64,000 bases of DNA from Patescibacteria group bacterium UBA2773 (GTDB taxonomy: Bacteria; Patescibacteriota; Minisyncoccia; Moranbacterales; DUUL01). Position 1 is the stretch's first letter, and each line of letters starts with the position of its first letter. Below are positions 18,148-28,130 of the stretch, piece after piece. The position numbers were made by a program, and so were the translations under genes. Under the pieces are notes generated by a model. It saw only the letters and a list, made by a program, of their open reading frames with translations. It did not search any database and was not told the origin of the DNA. The stretch spans positions 4,429 to 68,428 of the forward strand of contig DEIN01000014.1 of NCBI GenBank assembly GCA_002352465.1, read 5' to 3'.

Positions 18148-19302
18148 TTATTTTAATTGTTTTTTGACTATTTCGATTATATCATCTTTTTGAAAAATTC
18201 CATTAAGAAATTCATCGCCAACGAAAGAAGACGGTGTTCCAGCAATTCCGAACTGGTCTCCTTGTTCAATTGATTCTAAAATTAAATCTTTGCTACTTTC
18301 AAAGTTAACACATTCATCAAACTGTTTTTTATCTAAACCTATTTTCAATACATATTGATCAAAAATTTTGAAATCTTCAGCCTCGCTCCAATCAGCTTGA
18401 TTAGCAAAAAGCAAGTCAGCCATTTCCTCAAATCGTCCTTGTTCATAAGCACATCTACCAACCAAAGCAGCGCTAATTGCTTGCCCTTGCAAATCTAACG
18501 GAAAATTTTTATAAACCATCACCAACTGCTCCCCGGTAAATTCAGTTCGAGCCTCTTTGGCTGCTTCATAAAAAATTTTAGAATAAGGACATTGAAAATC
18601 AAAAAATGTAACTAGTTTGACTTGGGCATTTTTATCTCCAATCACGATATCACCTTCTTTATCCTCTGGAATTTCTAAATATTTTCCCGCCGAAATTCCC
18701 AAAGCCGTTGAATTCAAAATCAATCCATCAGCTTTCCTGTCAAATATTTCTTGAACCTGCTCTTCTTGAAAAAAACTAGCTTCTTGAATTTTTTGATCAA
18801 AGACAAAAGATGGAATAGTTTTCAAGTCATATTTTTCAATTAACCTAGTCCCTTCAGCTGAATTTTCGAAAACTTTATTAATCACCATAGTCGGAATAAA
18901 TTTTTTCATCCAAACTAAAATTTCATCAGCATTACAAGTTGGACAATCTTTTTCGTTCTCAATCACCAAAATATCGACCTTAATAGCTGGTTCATCATAA
19001 GCTACCCAAGTTTTATCTCCTAATTCAAACACATCTGCTCCCCTTAAAGCTCTTTCTGAATAACCACTTTTCATTAATAATTGTATTGTATCTACAAACA
19101 AACTTCCCACAGACAAACCAACAACAACGATAATAACAGAAATCAAGTTTTGAATTTTCTTATTAGTGTCTTTCTGACTTTCGATATCATCCAAGGTCAT
19201 TCCGTTCTTAGATCTTTCAACTGTTTCTTGACTAGAAGTAATTTTTATTTTTTCATTTTTATTTTTTCTATTTTCTTTTCCCTCCTTATTTTTTTTAATC
19301 AT
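18148..19302 (-). CDS. Membrane-anchored DsbA-like thiol:disulfide oxidoreductase (two thioredoxin-like CxxC regions)
   Basis: CPTC and FFDFQCPYSKIF motifs; single N-terminal TM segment. Confidence 0.6.
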   Translation of the reverse strand: MIKKNKEGKENRKNKNEKIKITSSQETVERSKNGMTLDDIESQKDTNKKIQNLISVIIVVVGLSVGSLFVDTIQLLMKSGYSERALRGADVFELGDKTWVAYDEPAIKVDILVIENEKDCPTCNADEILVWMKKFIPTMVINKVFENSAEGTRLIEKYDLKTIPSFVFDQKIQEASFFQEEQVQEIFDRKADGLILNSTALGISAGKYLEIPEDKEGDIVIGDKNAQVKLVTFFDFQCPYSKIFYEAAKEARTEFTGEQLVMVYKNFPLDLQGQAISAALVGRCAYEQGRFEEMADLLFANQADWSEAEDFKIFDQYVLKIGLDKKQFDECVNFESSKDLILESIEQGDQFGIAGTPSSFVGDEFLNGIFQKDDIIEIVKKQLK

Positions 19303-19325
19303 TTTTTTGATTTAAAAATAAGGCT

Positions 19326-19598
19326 CTAATTAATTTCAATATTATTATTTCTATCTTTTATTTCTATTAGTTCCTTTTCAATTTTATCGTTTTTCAAAAT
19401 TTCGGAATCATTATAACCGACAGTAATAGTTCTTGAGGCTTGCGATTTCAACATTATTCCAATCAAAAATCCTAAAATAAATAATGAAAATAACTTACAT
19501 CGAGCTATCAAAATTTCATTTTTAAACAAATTTTTCCAAATTTTCTTTCTATTAAATCTCATATTATGACTATTAAAACCCTCCTTTTCTGTCATCAA
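19326..19598 (-). CDS. Hypothetical small membrane protein
   Basis: 90-aa ORF with one TM segment, directly upstream of the DsbA-like gene. Confidence 0.3.
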   Translation of the reverse strand: MMTEKEGFNSHNMRFNRKKIWKNLFKNEILIARCKLFSLFILGFLIGIMLKSQASRTITVGYNDSEILKNDKIEKELIEIKDRNNNIEIN

Positions 19599-19656
19599 AT
19601 AATTCCCTCATAACATCTATAGAATATCATATTTAGAGAACTCTTACAATTAAGAA

Positions 19657-19826
19657 CTGTTTCCAATCACAGTTTTACCTGTCTCGTCAAAGCTCTAGCA
19701 TCGGTAAGTGACGAAATTTTCTAATTTTGAGGTAATTTTTTTAAAATTTTAGTAGGAGCAATAATTAAAGGTAAACTCTTGAGCCAAAAGTAGAAAATCG
19801 CAGTAAAAAGGGTGATTGGAAACAGT
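19657..19826. mobile_element. Miniature inverted-repeat element, copy 1 (about 170 bp)
   Basis: Terminal inverted repeats ACTGTTTCCAATCAC ... GTGATTGGAAACAGT (15 bp, perfect). The interior is highly similar to 57875-58060. Confidence 0.65.
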
Positions 19827-19941
19827 CCCAATTAACTTCCTTTGATAATATTTTTTTATTTGGTATACTAAATATACTACATTTCAAAAAATAAAAAAGA
19901 AATATTCATTACTAAACTTATTAACGAAAACTCCAATAAAT

Positions 19942-20286
19942 ATGATGCGAAAACTTTTTTTAATTTTTCCAGCTTTATCACTAGCTTTATCGATAAATCA
20001 TCTAATCTTTTGGAGACTTTTCGAATCATTACTTTGGCTTTTAGCAACAATTTTAATCGCTTTGATTTTTTTCCCACTAGCCTTCAAAGCCCACGAAAAA
20101 GATGTTCCAGTTTATCAAGTTTTTGCTCCCATCCCCTTAATCCCAATTTTTTTCTCCATTTTTGCTGTTATGGATTTTCGTCAAATCAAAATTTTGACTG
20201 ATCCTCAAGCTATTATTTATGGAATATTTACCGGCATTTTGACCTTAGTAGTAGTAATGTTAATAATCGGACCTAATAAATATTAA
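19942..20286 (+). CDS. Hypothetical membrane protein
   Basis: 114 aa with 3-4 TM segments. Confidence 0.35.
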   Translation: MMRKLFLIFPALSLALSINHLIFWRLFESLLWLLATILIALIFFPLAFKAHEKDVPVYQVFAPIPLIPIFFSIFAVMDFRQIKILTDPQAIIYGIFTGILTLVVVMLIIGPNKY

Positions 20287-20288
20287 TT

Positions 20289-21551
20289 TTAACAACAATA
20301 TAGTTTATCAGGAATTTTTTCATCACTTTTTCCGCCAAAAGGATTGCCATCCTTTTTTATTTTACCCAACATTTCTTTATTAGCCGAACTTTGGATCCTT
20401 TTTAATTCTTGTTCCTCTCTAATTTGTCTCACCATCTCTGACAAAGCAATTTTCATCGGACAATTTCGATAACAAGAATCACAAAGATTGCAATTATGAC
20501 TTCCAACTTGCTGTGCTTGCTTCAAGCCTTTTTGCACCGCTTCAAAAACGATTCCTTTCGATCCGATATAACCATCGTTTCCATATTGACTACCTTTTTG
20601 GTTGTAGACCGGACAAAAATTAATACAAGATCCGCAGTTAATGCATCTGAGAATATCACCGAAGCCTCGTTTAATCATTTCTCGTCGACCATTATCCACT
20701 AAAATTATATGAACTTCTTGTGCTCCTTGAGCGCCTTCTACTAATTGATTTTCAATATCGGCCGTTTTTGAAGGTCCAGAAATAATTGAAATATATTGAG
20801 TAATGTCTTGTCCCGTTCCAAAAATCGCCGCCGTTTGACAAAGTTTCACTGCATCTTCAACTGATTCAGTAATTTTATCAATGCCACAAAGCACAATATG
20901 TTTTTTAGGAAGTCTTGAAACCAATGAAATATTCCCTTCGTTTTCCAATAAAATCACCTGTCCTGCTTGAGTGAAAAAATTAGCACCCGTCACTCCCACC
21001 TCAGCTCTCAAAATTTTCTCTCGAATTTTTTGACAAAGATAATGAGTTAATTTTTCCGGATCAGCTTCGATGTCTTCCTTGTAAATTTGTTTAATTTTTT
21101 CAACAATCATTTCGGCCGTGATGTGAATTGCCGGCAAAACAAAATGCTCGTCCGTTTCTTTAAACATTTTCACAATGAAATCACCCAAATCAGTTTCGCT
21201 CCAATCAAATTTTTCAGCCACTTTTTTAATTTCGATTTCTCGCCCAGTATTAGTTTTAGAAGAACTGATTTTTTTATTTTTCCCAATAATTTTATTCAAA
21301 AAATTCCGCGCCTCTTTGGCGTCCATCGCTTCATAAACTTTAAATCCTCGTTTCTTAAAATTTTCTTTAGCCATTTTTAAATTTTTTTCAAAATCTTCAA
21401 ACGGTTTTTTTCGAATCGCTGTCATTTTTTCTTTATATTGATTTTCTTCAATATTTTGACTTTTAAAAAATTTCTGTCGATTTTCCAAGCTAGAATTAAC
21501 TGCTTTTTTAATCGCTATTTGATTTTCTTTTTTTAAATATTCTTTTTTCAT
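20289..21551 (-). CDS. LUD-domain iron-sulfur protein (LutB-like)
   Basis: Two 4Fe-4S motifs (CINCGSCINFCP and CNLCDSCYRNCP) follow a DUF162/LUD-like region. Confidence 0.5.
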   Translation of the reverse strand: MKKEYLKKENQIAIKKAVNSSLENRQKFFKSQNIEENQYKEKMTAIRKKPFEDFEKNLKMAKENFKKRGFKVYEAMDAKEARNFLNKIIGKNKKISSSKTNTGREIEIKKVAEKFDWSETDLGDFIVKMFKETDEHFVLPAIHITAEMIVEKIKQIYKEDIEADPEKLTHYLCQKIREKILRAEVGVTGANFFTQAGQVILLENEGNISLVSRLPKKHIVLCGIDKITESVEDAVKLCQTAAIFGTGQDITQYISIISGPSKTADIENQLVEGAQGAQEVHIILVDNGRREMIKRGFGDILRCINCGSCINFCPVYNQKGSQYGNDGYIGSKGIVFEAVQKGLKQAQQVGSHNCNLCDSCYRNCPMKIALSEMVRQIREEQELKRIQSSANKEMLGKIKKDGNPFGGKSDEKIPDKLYCC

Positions 21552-22120
21552 ATTTGAAAACTAATTTTAAAATTTAACTCAATTTTATTAAATTGAAAGT
21601 CTTAACCCGAACAATTTAATAATAACATTCATTAAAAAAAATCACAAAAAAAATCGCCGTTGCCTGTTTCAGACATCGACGACTTAATTCATTTTACCTC
21701 CTTTATTTTTTAAATATTTTTTTTCTCAAAAAAGTTTTAATTGAAAAATAAATTTTTGGTTCATGAAAAATATTTATAATAATGCAAAAAAGAACTAAAA
21801 CAAAAACTTCTAAAATATCATCAACAACAAAATCAAGAATCTTTTTGGTTAAAAAACCGCAATAATTATAAATATGAACTCAACAATAATCACTTTTAAC
21901 AATTTTTTCTTTTCATCTTTAATTTTTTCTCTCCAAATTGTCAAAAAACACTTTTTATTAAAATGCCTTTAAAATTAATAAATTTTTATTAGATTAATAA
22001 AATAGCAATTTTTTAGTTTTTTATCAAGATTATAATTATTTATTTTTGTTTTAAAAAGAATGAAACCCTCCAGCGTTTAGACCAAAGGGTTCACAATAAT
22101 AAAATTTAATTTAAAAAAGA

Positions 22121-22501
22121 TCAAAGATAATCCAGGATAAATCGATGTTCATCTCGAAAATCTTTTTCTTTTTTTATCAAATATTCCAACAAAGAAATTC
22201 TCCTAGAAAAATTCTTTTTCTTTTTCTTTTTTTCAATCTCCCGCCAAACAATTTTGTTCTTGGAGCAATAAGCCTCTTTCTCAGGGGCTGTAAGATTGAG
22301 AAATTTTTCGGGAATATTGCTAAGCGGAAATTCCTTTTTAGCCAACCATACTAAATCCAAAACGTAGATGGTATGAAAACGACCACTAACTACTTGGTCC
22401 TTAAAACGATAAGTGAAAAAATCCCCTTCATTTTTTCTACCATTTCTAAACAATAATTTTCTCTCAATGGCTCTTTTCTTAAATTTTTCAAAATCATTCA
22501 T
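22121..22501 (-). CDS. Hypothetical basic protein
   Basis: 126-aa ORF with no motif recognised. Confidence 0.3.
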   Translation of the reverse strand: MNDFEKFKKRAIERKLLFRNGRKNEGDFFTYRFKDQVVSGRFHTIYVLDLVWLAKKEFPLSNIPEKFLNLTAPEKEAYCSKNKIVWREIEKKKKKKNFSRRISLLEYLIKKEKDFRDEHRFILDYL

Positions 22502-22619
22502 ACATCAACGCCTCCCACGTTTTTGTATTGTTAATCTTATCTATCAATCCTAACTATTAAAATTGACTTGAAAAATATAGCACGAAACAACACTTTTGAC
22601 AAGCAAATTTTAAAATAAA

Positions 22620-22647
22620 TTGTTAGATTTAAATTAGATGCTATAAT
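22620..22647 (+). promoter_or_regulatory. Putative sigma-70 promoter (TTGTTA-16-TGcTATAAT)
   Basis: Extended -10 element TGCTATAAT about 55 nt upstream of the ORF at 22705. Confidence 0.35.
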
Positions 22648-22704
22648 TAAACATAGAATTATTTAAATAAAAATTAAAATATTATTTTTCATACTACTAA
22701 TTGA

Positions 22705-23310
22705 ATGCACAAAAAATTTTATTCCAAAAAAATAAAATCCATAGACTTAATAAAACATAAAACTAAAAGTAATGTTTTAATTAAATTTTCTTTGGTATTT
22801 TTTGTATTTTTAGCTTATTTCATTTTTATCGCTAAAAAATACGGAATTCAAGAAGGATTTTTAGTAACTGTTTTATCTTGGTCATTTTTTGTTCTTTGCA
22901 CTCCAATCGCCGATGCTGGATTTTTAATTGATTTTCCATTGAGGCTGATTACAAAACTGAAAATGCTAATAACCGAAATTTTAGTCTGGTTAATCGCCAT
23001 TGCTTTCAATTTTTATGCCTTTTTTCTAAATCCAATCGTTTATGAAAAAACTAAACTATTAAAACTTTTTAAACACATTCTCGAAAAACCTTGGCCTTTT
23101 TGGATTATTATTCTAATTTCAATGATTGGCACTTTTATTTCAATTAATTTCGGCGATGAATTGTTAGATAAAATAAATCACCAAGACCGAAAATTTTATC
23201 ACCGACACAAAATCAAACATCGATTTTTGATAATGTTTTTCATGATAATAATTTCCATTATTTTCTATGATTTTCTGCTAAAAAAACTAGGAATAAATTT
23301 ATCAATTTAA
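22705..23310 (+). CDS. Hypothetical polytopic membrane protein
   Basis: 201 aa with about 6 TM segments. Confidence 0.35.
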   Translation: MHKKFYSKKIKSIDLIKHKTKSNVLIKFSLVFFVFLAYFIFIAKKYGIQEGFLVTVLSWSFFVLCTPIADAGFLIDFPLRLITKLKMLITEILVWLIAIAFNFYAFFLNPIVYEKTKLLKLFKHILEKPWPFWIIILISMIGTFISINFGDELLDKINHQDRKFYHRHKIKHRFLIMFFMIIISIIFYDFLLKKLGINLSI

Positions 23311-23321
23311 AAAAATCTTCA

Positions 23322-24038
23322 ATGGGATTAGTAGACAAATTAAAAGCAACTTATAATAAAAATCAAAATATTAATAATTTTGATAATAGCTGGACACGAC
23401 AATTCATCAAAAATAATTCAGAAAAAACTGCAGTATTTTTTTGTGGCTGGAGGACCGACAAAAAACTTCATAAAAAGGTTTTTAAACAATTTCCTCACCA
23501 CAATCATCTTATTTATACACTACCGAACTCGTTGATTTGTAGCGATTTAAAATTAATGGAAAAATCTTGGAAAAAGATTGCAAACTCTATTGAGAATGAT
23601 ATTAAAAATTTCAAAATTGAGATAATCTATGGTTTGAGTCTCGGCACTTCTTTGGCTTTGTATTGTGCTAATCGGTGTAAAAATGCAAAAAAAGTTTTTC
23701 TAGGTTTTCCGGGAGATAAAATTGCACCTTGCGTCTGGGAAGGTTCACTGACAAAAGATATCGCCCAACAAATTGAACAAGAGGAAAAATACACTTATGA
23801 TGATTATAGCAATTTCTTCAAACCCTATGATCATATTAACAATTTATCTAATCTGCAAGGCGCAAAAATCAAAATCTATCTAGCAAAATCAGATGATGCC
23901 GTGCCTTATTACAGGGGAAAAAAATTAATCAAAAAAATGCATAGTATGAAATTAAGCCCTACTGTTAAAAAAACTTTTTTAGGTCATGCCCTAGGAATTA
24001 TTAAAAGTATTATTTTTACTAATTGGCTAACTAAATAA
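23322..24038 (+). CDS. Alpha/beta-hydrolase-like protein
   Basis: GLSLGTS nucleophile elbow (GxSxG). Confidence 0.4.
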   Translation: MGLVDKLKATYNKNQNINNFDNSWTRQFIKNNSEKTAVFFCGWRTDKKLHKKVFKQFPHHNHLIYTLPNSLICSDLKLMEKSWKKIANSIENDIKNFKIEIIYGLSLGTSLALYCANRCKNAKKVFLGFPGDKIAPCVWEGSLTKDIAQQIEQEEKYTYDDYSNFFKPYDHINNLSNLQGAKIKIYLAKSDDAVPYYRGKKLIKKMHSMKLSPTVKKTFLGHALGIIKSIIFTNWLTK

Positions 24039-24042
24039 ATCT

Positions 24043-24816
24043 CTACTTGAGATAATATTTTAGAGTATAGATCCAATCTTCGTCTGTACCCTCAGCTTCT
24101 TTAGTTTTTTTCAACCAATTTAAATATTGTCGATCTTTTTGAACAATGTCTTCAACTTTTTCCCCAATATATTTTCCAAAAGCAAATTTTTTAATTAGTA
24201 CTGGATTGTTGGAAATATCAATCATTCTTTGAACAATTTTCTCTTCTGTGGCTTTCGAAGCTTTTTCTTGGGCAGTCTTCATTAAATGATCGAAAACCGC
24301 TTCCAAGACGATTACATCCCCGTCAGCACTGTGTGGATCGACTTCAACTTCAACTTCATAATAATAGCGCAAAAATTGCAAATTATATTCCGGAATTTCC
24401 TGTTCTGAATCTAAATATCGAGCCAATCGCAAAGTGCAAATAAAATCAGAAATTTTGAAACCCTCATTTTCCAACATCGCAATATCAAATTTAGCGTTGT
24501 GAGCCACCAAAATATTCTCGCTCAAAACTTTTTCTAAAGTTTTAGCAAACGCACTTCCCTGAAAAACCTTCTCTTTTTCCACCATTTTATTGGTAATATG
24601 AGTGATGCTCATTGCTTTAACTGAAACTGGAATAGTTGGTTTAAAATTTTGCACTATCATTTTTCCTTCATCCTTTTTCGTTTTAAAAAAAACAGATCTT
24701 TTTTTATAAGCCACCTGACACAATCGGTCTTTCACCAAATCATTCCCCGTAGTCTCCGTATCCAAAAAAATTAATTTCTTTTTCATATTATTTTTAATTA
24801 ACATTAATAAATTCAA
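24043..24816 (-). CDS. DEDD 3'-5' exonuclease (DnaQ-like)
   Basis: Exo I motif FLDTETTG and Exo II motif AHNAKFD. Confidence 0.7.
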   Translation of the reverse strand: MNLLMLIKNNMKKKLIFLDTETTGNDLVKDRLCQVAYKKRSVFFKTKKDEGKMIVQNFKPTIPVSVKAMSITHITNKMVEKEKVFQGSAFAKTLEKVLSENILVAHNAKFDIAMLENEGFKISDFICTLRLARYLDSEQEIPEYNLQFLRYYYEVEVEVDPHSADGDVIVLEAVFDHLMKTAQEKASKATEEKIVQRMIDISNNPVLIKKFAFGKYIGEKVEDIVQKDRQYLNWLKKTKEAEGTDEDWIYTLKYYLK

Positions 24817-24852
24817 TATTCTAAGTATACAATAATAAAAAATTTAAAACAA

Positions 24853-24884
24853 AAACGGAGTTTGAAAATTATCTTCAAACCCCG
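24853..24884 (-). terminator. Rho-independent terminator for gene 24910-25329
   Basis: Minus strand: stem GTTTGAAG...CTTCAAAC followed by CCGTTTTTGTTTT. Confidence 0.5.
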
Positions 24885-24909
24885 CTAAAATTTTTTGCCT
24901 TAAAAATTT

Positions 24910-25329
24910 TTATCCAAGAGGACGAACGCGAAGAATCCCGCTTCGAAAAAAAGCGATTTCTTCATTTCGCGTCCTTGCTAATTTAAAAATCACAAAAATT
25001 TTTCCGTCTCTCTTTTTAATCTTTATCTTTATTTCAGGATAAGTTTGTATCTTTTCGCCATCTTCAGTTACTAATGAAGGAAAAAAGGTTAAGCCTTCTC
25101 CCCAATCATTTTCATAACCGATTAAAGCCTCAAAATAATAACTGCAGTCGGTCGGATCATCCGTCCGACATTTTTTGACAACATGCTCGTCAGTTAAACT
25201 TGTCGGCAATAAATAATTAAATTGCCGATTGTTTTTTGAATCTAAAACAGACCCATTAACGATTAAAAATCCAACAACAGAAAAAATAATCGCTACTGCC
25301 ACTATAAATATAATACCAGCTATTTTCAT
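24910..25329 (-). CDS. Hypothetical membrane-anchored protein
   Basis: 139 aa with an N-terminal TM segment. Confidence 0.3.
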   Translation of the reverse strand: MKIAGIIFIVAVAIIFSVVGFLIVNGSVLDSKNNRQFNYLLPTSLTDEHVVKKCRTDDPTDCSYYFEALIGYENDWGEGLTFFPSLVTEDGEKIQTYPEIKIKIKKRDGKIFVIFKLARTRNEEIAFFRSGILRVRPLG

Positions 25330-25528
25330 CTTACCCTCCCGAAAAGTTGTAATTAAAAAATTAAAACAAAAAAAGTACAGACCAAAACTATACTACAAAA
25401 AATCAATTTTGTCCAGTGAATTTTTAAATAAATATTAATAAATTAATTTATTGAATGGATATTGTTTATTGAACATTAGATATTTTAAACTAAAAATAGC
25501 CTTTAGTACAAAGCGTACCTCTCCCCTC

Positions 25529-25557
25529 TTGCTTAAATCTTAAAAATATTGTATCAT
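25529..25557 (+). promoter_or_regulatory. Putative sigma-70 promoter (TTGCTT-17-TATCAT)
   Basis: About 30 nt upstream of the ORF at 25589. Confidence 0.4.
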
Positions 25558-25588
25558 AGTTAGAATTGTTATTAAATAACTGTTTTTA

Positions 25589-26872
25589 ATGAATAAAGGT
25601 AAAGAACCCCATTTTTTTGATATCGCCGTAATCGGCGGAGGCGCTGCTGGAATGATGGCAGCTTTTTGGGCTTCTGAAAAAGGCGCCCGAGTAGTACTAC
25701 TTGATAAAAACGATGAACTCGGACGAAAAGTTTCGATGACTGGCAAGGGTCGTTGCAATATTACTCAAGAAAATTTTACCAAAGAAAATTTAACTGAAGC
25801 TCTTGGGAAAAAAGGACGATTTCTATTTTCAACTTTCAATAGATTTGATGTCAAAAAAACTAAAGAATTTTTCAAAAAAACTGGCATTGAATTGAAGACC
25901 GAACGAGGCGGACGAGTTTTTCCCCAATCTGATAGCGCCGAAGAAGTAATTGCCGTCTTCAAAAGAAAATTAATCGAGAACGGAGTTGTTTTGATGAAAA
26001 AAACCAAACCACTTTCTTTCGAAACAAAAGGAAATATTATCAAAAAAATAATTACTCGAAAAAGAGAAATTTCAGCCAATCAATTCATTTTTTGCACCGG
26101 AGGAAAATCCTATCCAACCACTGGTTCAACTGGAGACGGCTATCAATGGGCCAAAAATTTTGGTCATAAAATCGTCAAACCCGTTCCAGCCCTCTCTCCC
26201 ATCAAGACCATCAACAAATGGGCTGAGCAACTTCAAGGAGTTTCTTTGAAAAACGTGGAATTAAGCGTTTTTCAAGATAACAAAAAACAGCTGGGTCGTT
26301 TTGGCGAAATGTTGTTTACTCATTATGGAATTAGTGGACCAATCGTTTTGGACGCCAGCAAAGAAATTGGAGACTTACTCAAAAAAGGACGAGTAAAAAT
26401 TTCCATCGACTTGAAACCAGCTCTCGATTTCAAAGAACTAGATCAACGAGTACAAAAAGATTTTCAAAAATATCAAGGACGAAAATTCATTAATGCCCTC
26501 GATGATTTGCTTCCTCACAAAATGATTCCAACTATGATCGAAATTTCTAAAATCGACTCCGAAAAAAAAGTTGGGGAAATTTCCAAAGAAGACCGAAAAC
26601 GTTTTGTTTCTTTATTAAAAAATTTAGTCTTAAATGTTGATGAATTAGTGGGCTTCGATAATGCCATTGTCACTTCTGGTGGAGTTGAGCTAGGAGAAAT
26701 TGACCAAAAAACTATGAAATCAAAATTAATTGAAAATCTTTATTTCGCCGGTGAAATTATTGATCTTGATGGTCCAACTGGAGGATATAATCTTCAAATT
26801 TGCTGGACAACCGGCTACATCGCTGGAAACAGCGTCGCTGAAGTTATTAATCAAAAAAAATACGGGAAATAA
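25589..26872 (+). CDS. HI0933/YhiN-family FAD-dependent oxidoreductase
   Basis: DIAVIGGGAAGMMAA Rossmann motif and LGRKVSMTGKGRCNIT. Confidence 0.7.
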   Translation: MNKGKEPHFFDIAVIGGGAAGMMAAFWASEKGARVVLLDKNDELGRKVSMTGKGRCNITQENFTKENLTEALGKKGRFLFSTFNRFDVKKTKEFFKKTGIELKTERGGRVFPQSDSAEEVIAVFKRKLIENGVVLMKKTKPLSFETKGNIIKKIITRKREISANQFIFCTGGKSYPTTGSTGDGYQWAKNFGHKIVKPVPALSPIKTINKWAEQLQGVSLKNVELSVFQDNKKQLGRFGEMLFTHYGISGPIVLDASKEIGDLLKKGRVKISIDLKPALDFKELDQRVQKDFQKYQGRKFINALDDLLPHKMIPTMIEISKIDSEKKVGEISKEDRKRFVSLLKNLVLNVDELVGFDNAIVTSGGVELGEIDQKTMKSKLIENLYFAGEIIDLDGPTGGYNLQICWTTGYIAGNSVAEVINQKKYGK

Positions 26873-26899
26873 AAATTATTTAAAATATTTTTTACTATC

Positions 26900-26931
26900 A
26901 AAAAATACCTAATTTAATTAGGTATTTTTAT
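26900..26931. terminator. Bidirectional rho-independent terminator
   Basis: AAAAAATACCTAATTTAATTAGGTATTTTT: a perfect 9-bp stem flanked by an A-run and a T-run, between convergent genes. Confidence 0.65.
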
Positions 26932-26948
26932 TTATTCCAAAAATTTTT

Positions 26949-27605
26949 TTAACTATTTCCTTCCCATTCCGCGCTAAATTCCTTCAAATAATCTTCAATA
27001 AATTTATGTCGATGTTTGGCGATTTTTTTAGCAGTTTCGGTGTTCATTAACTCTTTCAATAATAAAATTTTTTCGTGAAAATGATTAACAGCGCTAGTTT
27101 CACTTTGACGATATTTTTTAGAACTTTTATATTTACTTATTTTTTCAGCTGGATTGTAAATCTTACGACCTCGAGCCCCTCCGTAATCAAAAACTCTAGC
27201 AATTCCAATAGCTCCCAACGCGTCTAAGCGGTCCGCATCTTGGACTACTTGTCCTTCTAGAATTTGAACACGCTTACCATCAAAAGTTTTTCTAAAAGAA
27301 AGATTATCAATAATTTCTACAATATGTTCAATTTCTTTCAAAGAAATACCAACCAAATTATTTAAATAATCTTTAACAAATTTCATACCCTTCTCATCTG
27401 AACCATCATTCAATTTATAATCCGCCAAATCGTGCAATAAAGCAGCCATTTCAATCACGAATTGATCCACTTGTTCTTCTTTCCCAATCCGTTTTGCCAT
27501 CTCCCAAACTCGAAAAGTATGCCACCAGTCGTGACTTCCTTCGGCTTTTTCTAAAAAATTTCGCGCAAATTCAGCAGTTTCATTTACAATTTTTTGTTTA
27601 TTCAT
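26949..27605 (-). CDS. HD-domain phosphohydrolase
   Basis: H...HD...D metal-binding pattern (WHTFRVWEMA...LLHDLADYK). Confidence 0.6.
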   Translation of the reverse strand: MNKQKIVNETAEFARNFLEKAEGSHDWWHTFRVWEMAKRIGKEEQVDQFVIEMAALLHDLADYKLNDGSDEKGMKFVKDYLNNLVGISLKEIEHIVEIIDNLSFRKTFDGKRVQILEGQVVQDADRLDALGAIGIARVFDYGGARGRKIYNPAEKISKYKSSKKYRQSETSAVNHFHEKILLLKELMNTETAKKIAKHRHKFIEDYLKEFSAEWEGNS

Positions 27606-27620
27606 AAAAATAATTATTTT

Positions 27621-28118
27621 TTATTCTCCACATTTTCTGACCTCTTCTAAAGATTTATGATGAAATTTTACGCAGAATCCATCATACTTGATTTTAATAT
27701 CGGGATTGGTTGGTTTCGAAATATCACCTAAATCAAACTTTACAGCAGGATATTTTTTCATAAAATCTTCAAAATTATCTTTAATCACAAATTCTGCGTG
27801 CTCCCAGCCATTCAAAAACGAACTTTCCTTTTTGGGCGCCGGTAATTCTATGAAATAAATTTCTCTATTATCAACGATTATTGGACTACTCAGTTTATAC
27901 AAGGCAATTGGTCTTCCAGCAATTTCAACTTCACTAATAAATCTACCGATTTCAAATAGTTTTTCTTTAAAATAAGAATAATCTTCTCTCGTTTCAGTTC
28001 TAAAACATAAATGATCAAGTTCTAAATCAGAGACCTTAATTCCATCTTTTTTTAATGCTTCAATTATTTTTCTTACAAAATCTTTAGCATCTTCTAATAA
28101 ATTTTCAATTTTTATCAT
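27621..28118 (-). CDS. VOC-fold / YecM-like protein (tentative)
   Basis: 165 aa; overall resemblance to the YecM family only. Confidence 0.3.
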   Translation of the reverse strand: MIKIENLLEDAKDFVRKIIEALKKDGIKVSDLELDHLCFRTETREDYSYFKEKLFEIGRFISEVEIAGRPIALYKLSSPIIVDNREIYFIELPAPKKESSFLNGWEHAEFVIKDNFEDFMKKYPAVKFDLGDISKPTNPDIKIKYDGFCVKFHHKSLEEVRKCGE

Positions 28119-28130
28119 TCTAATTTGTTA

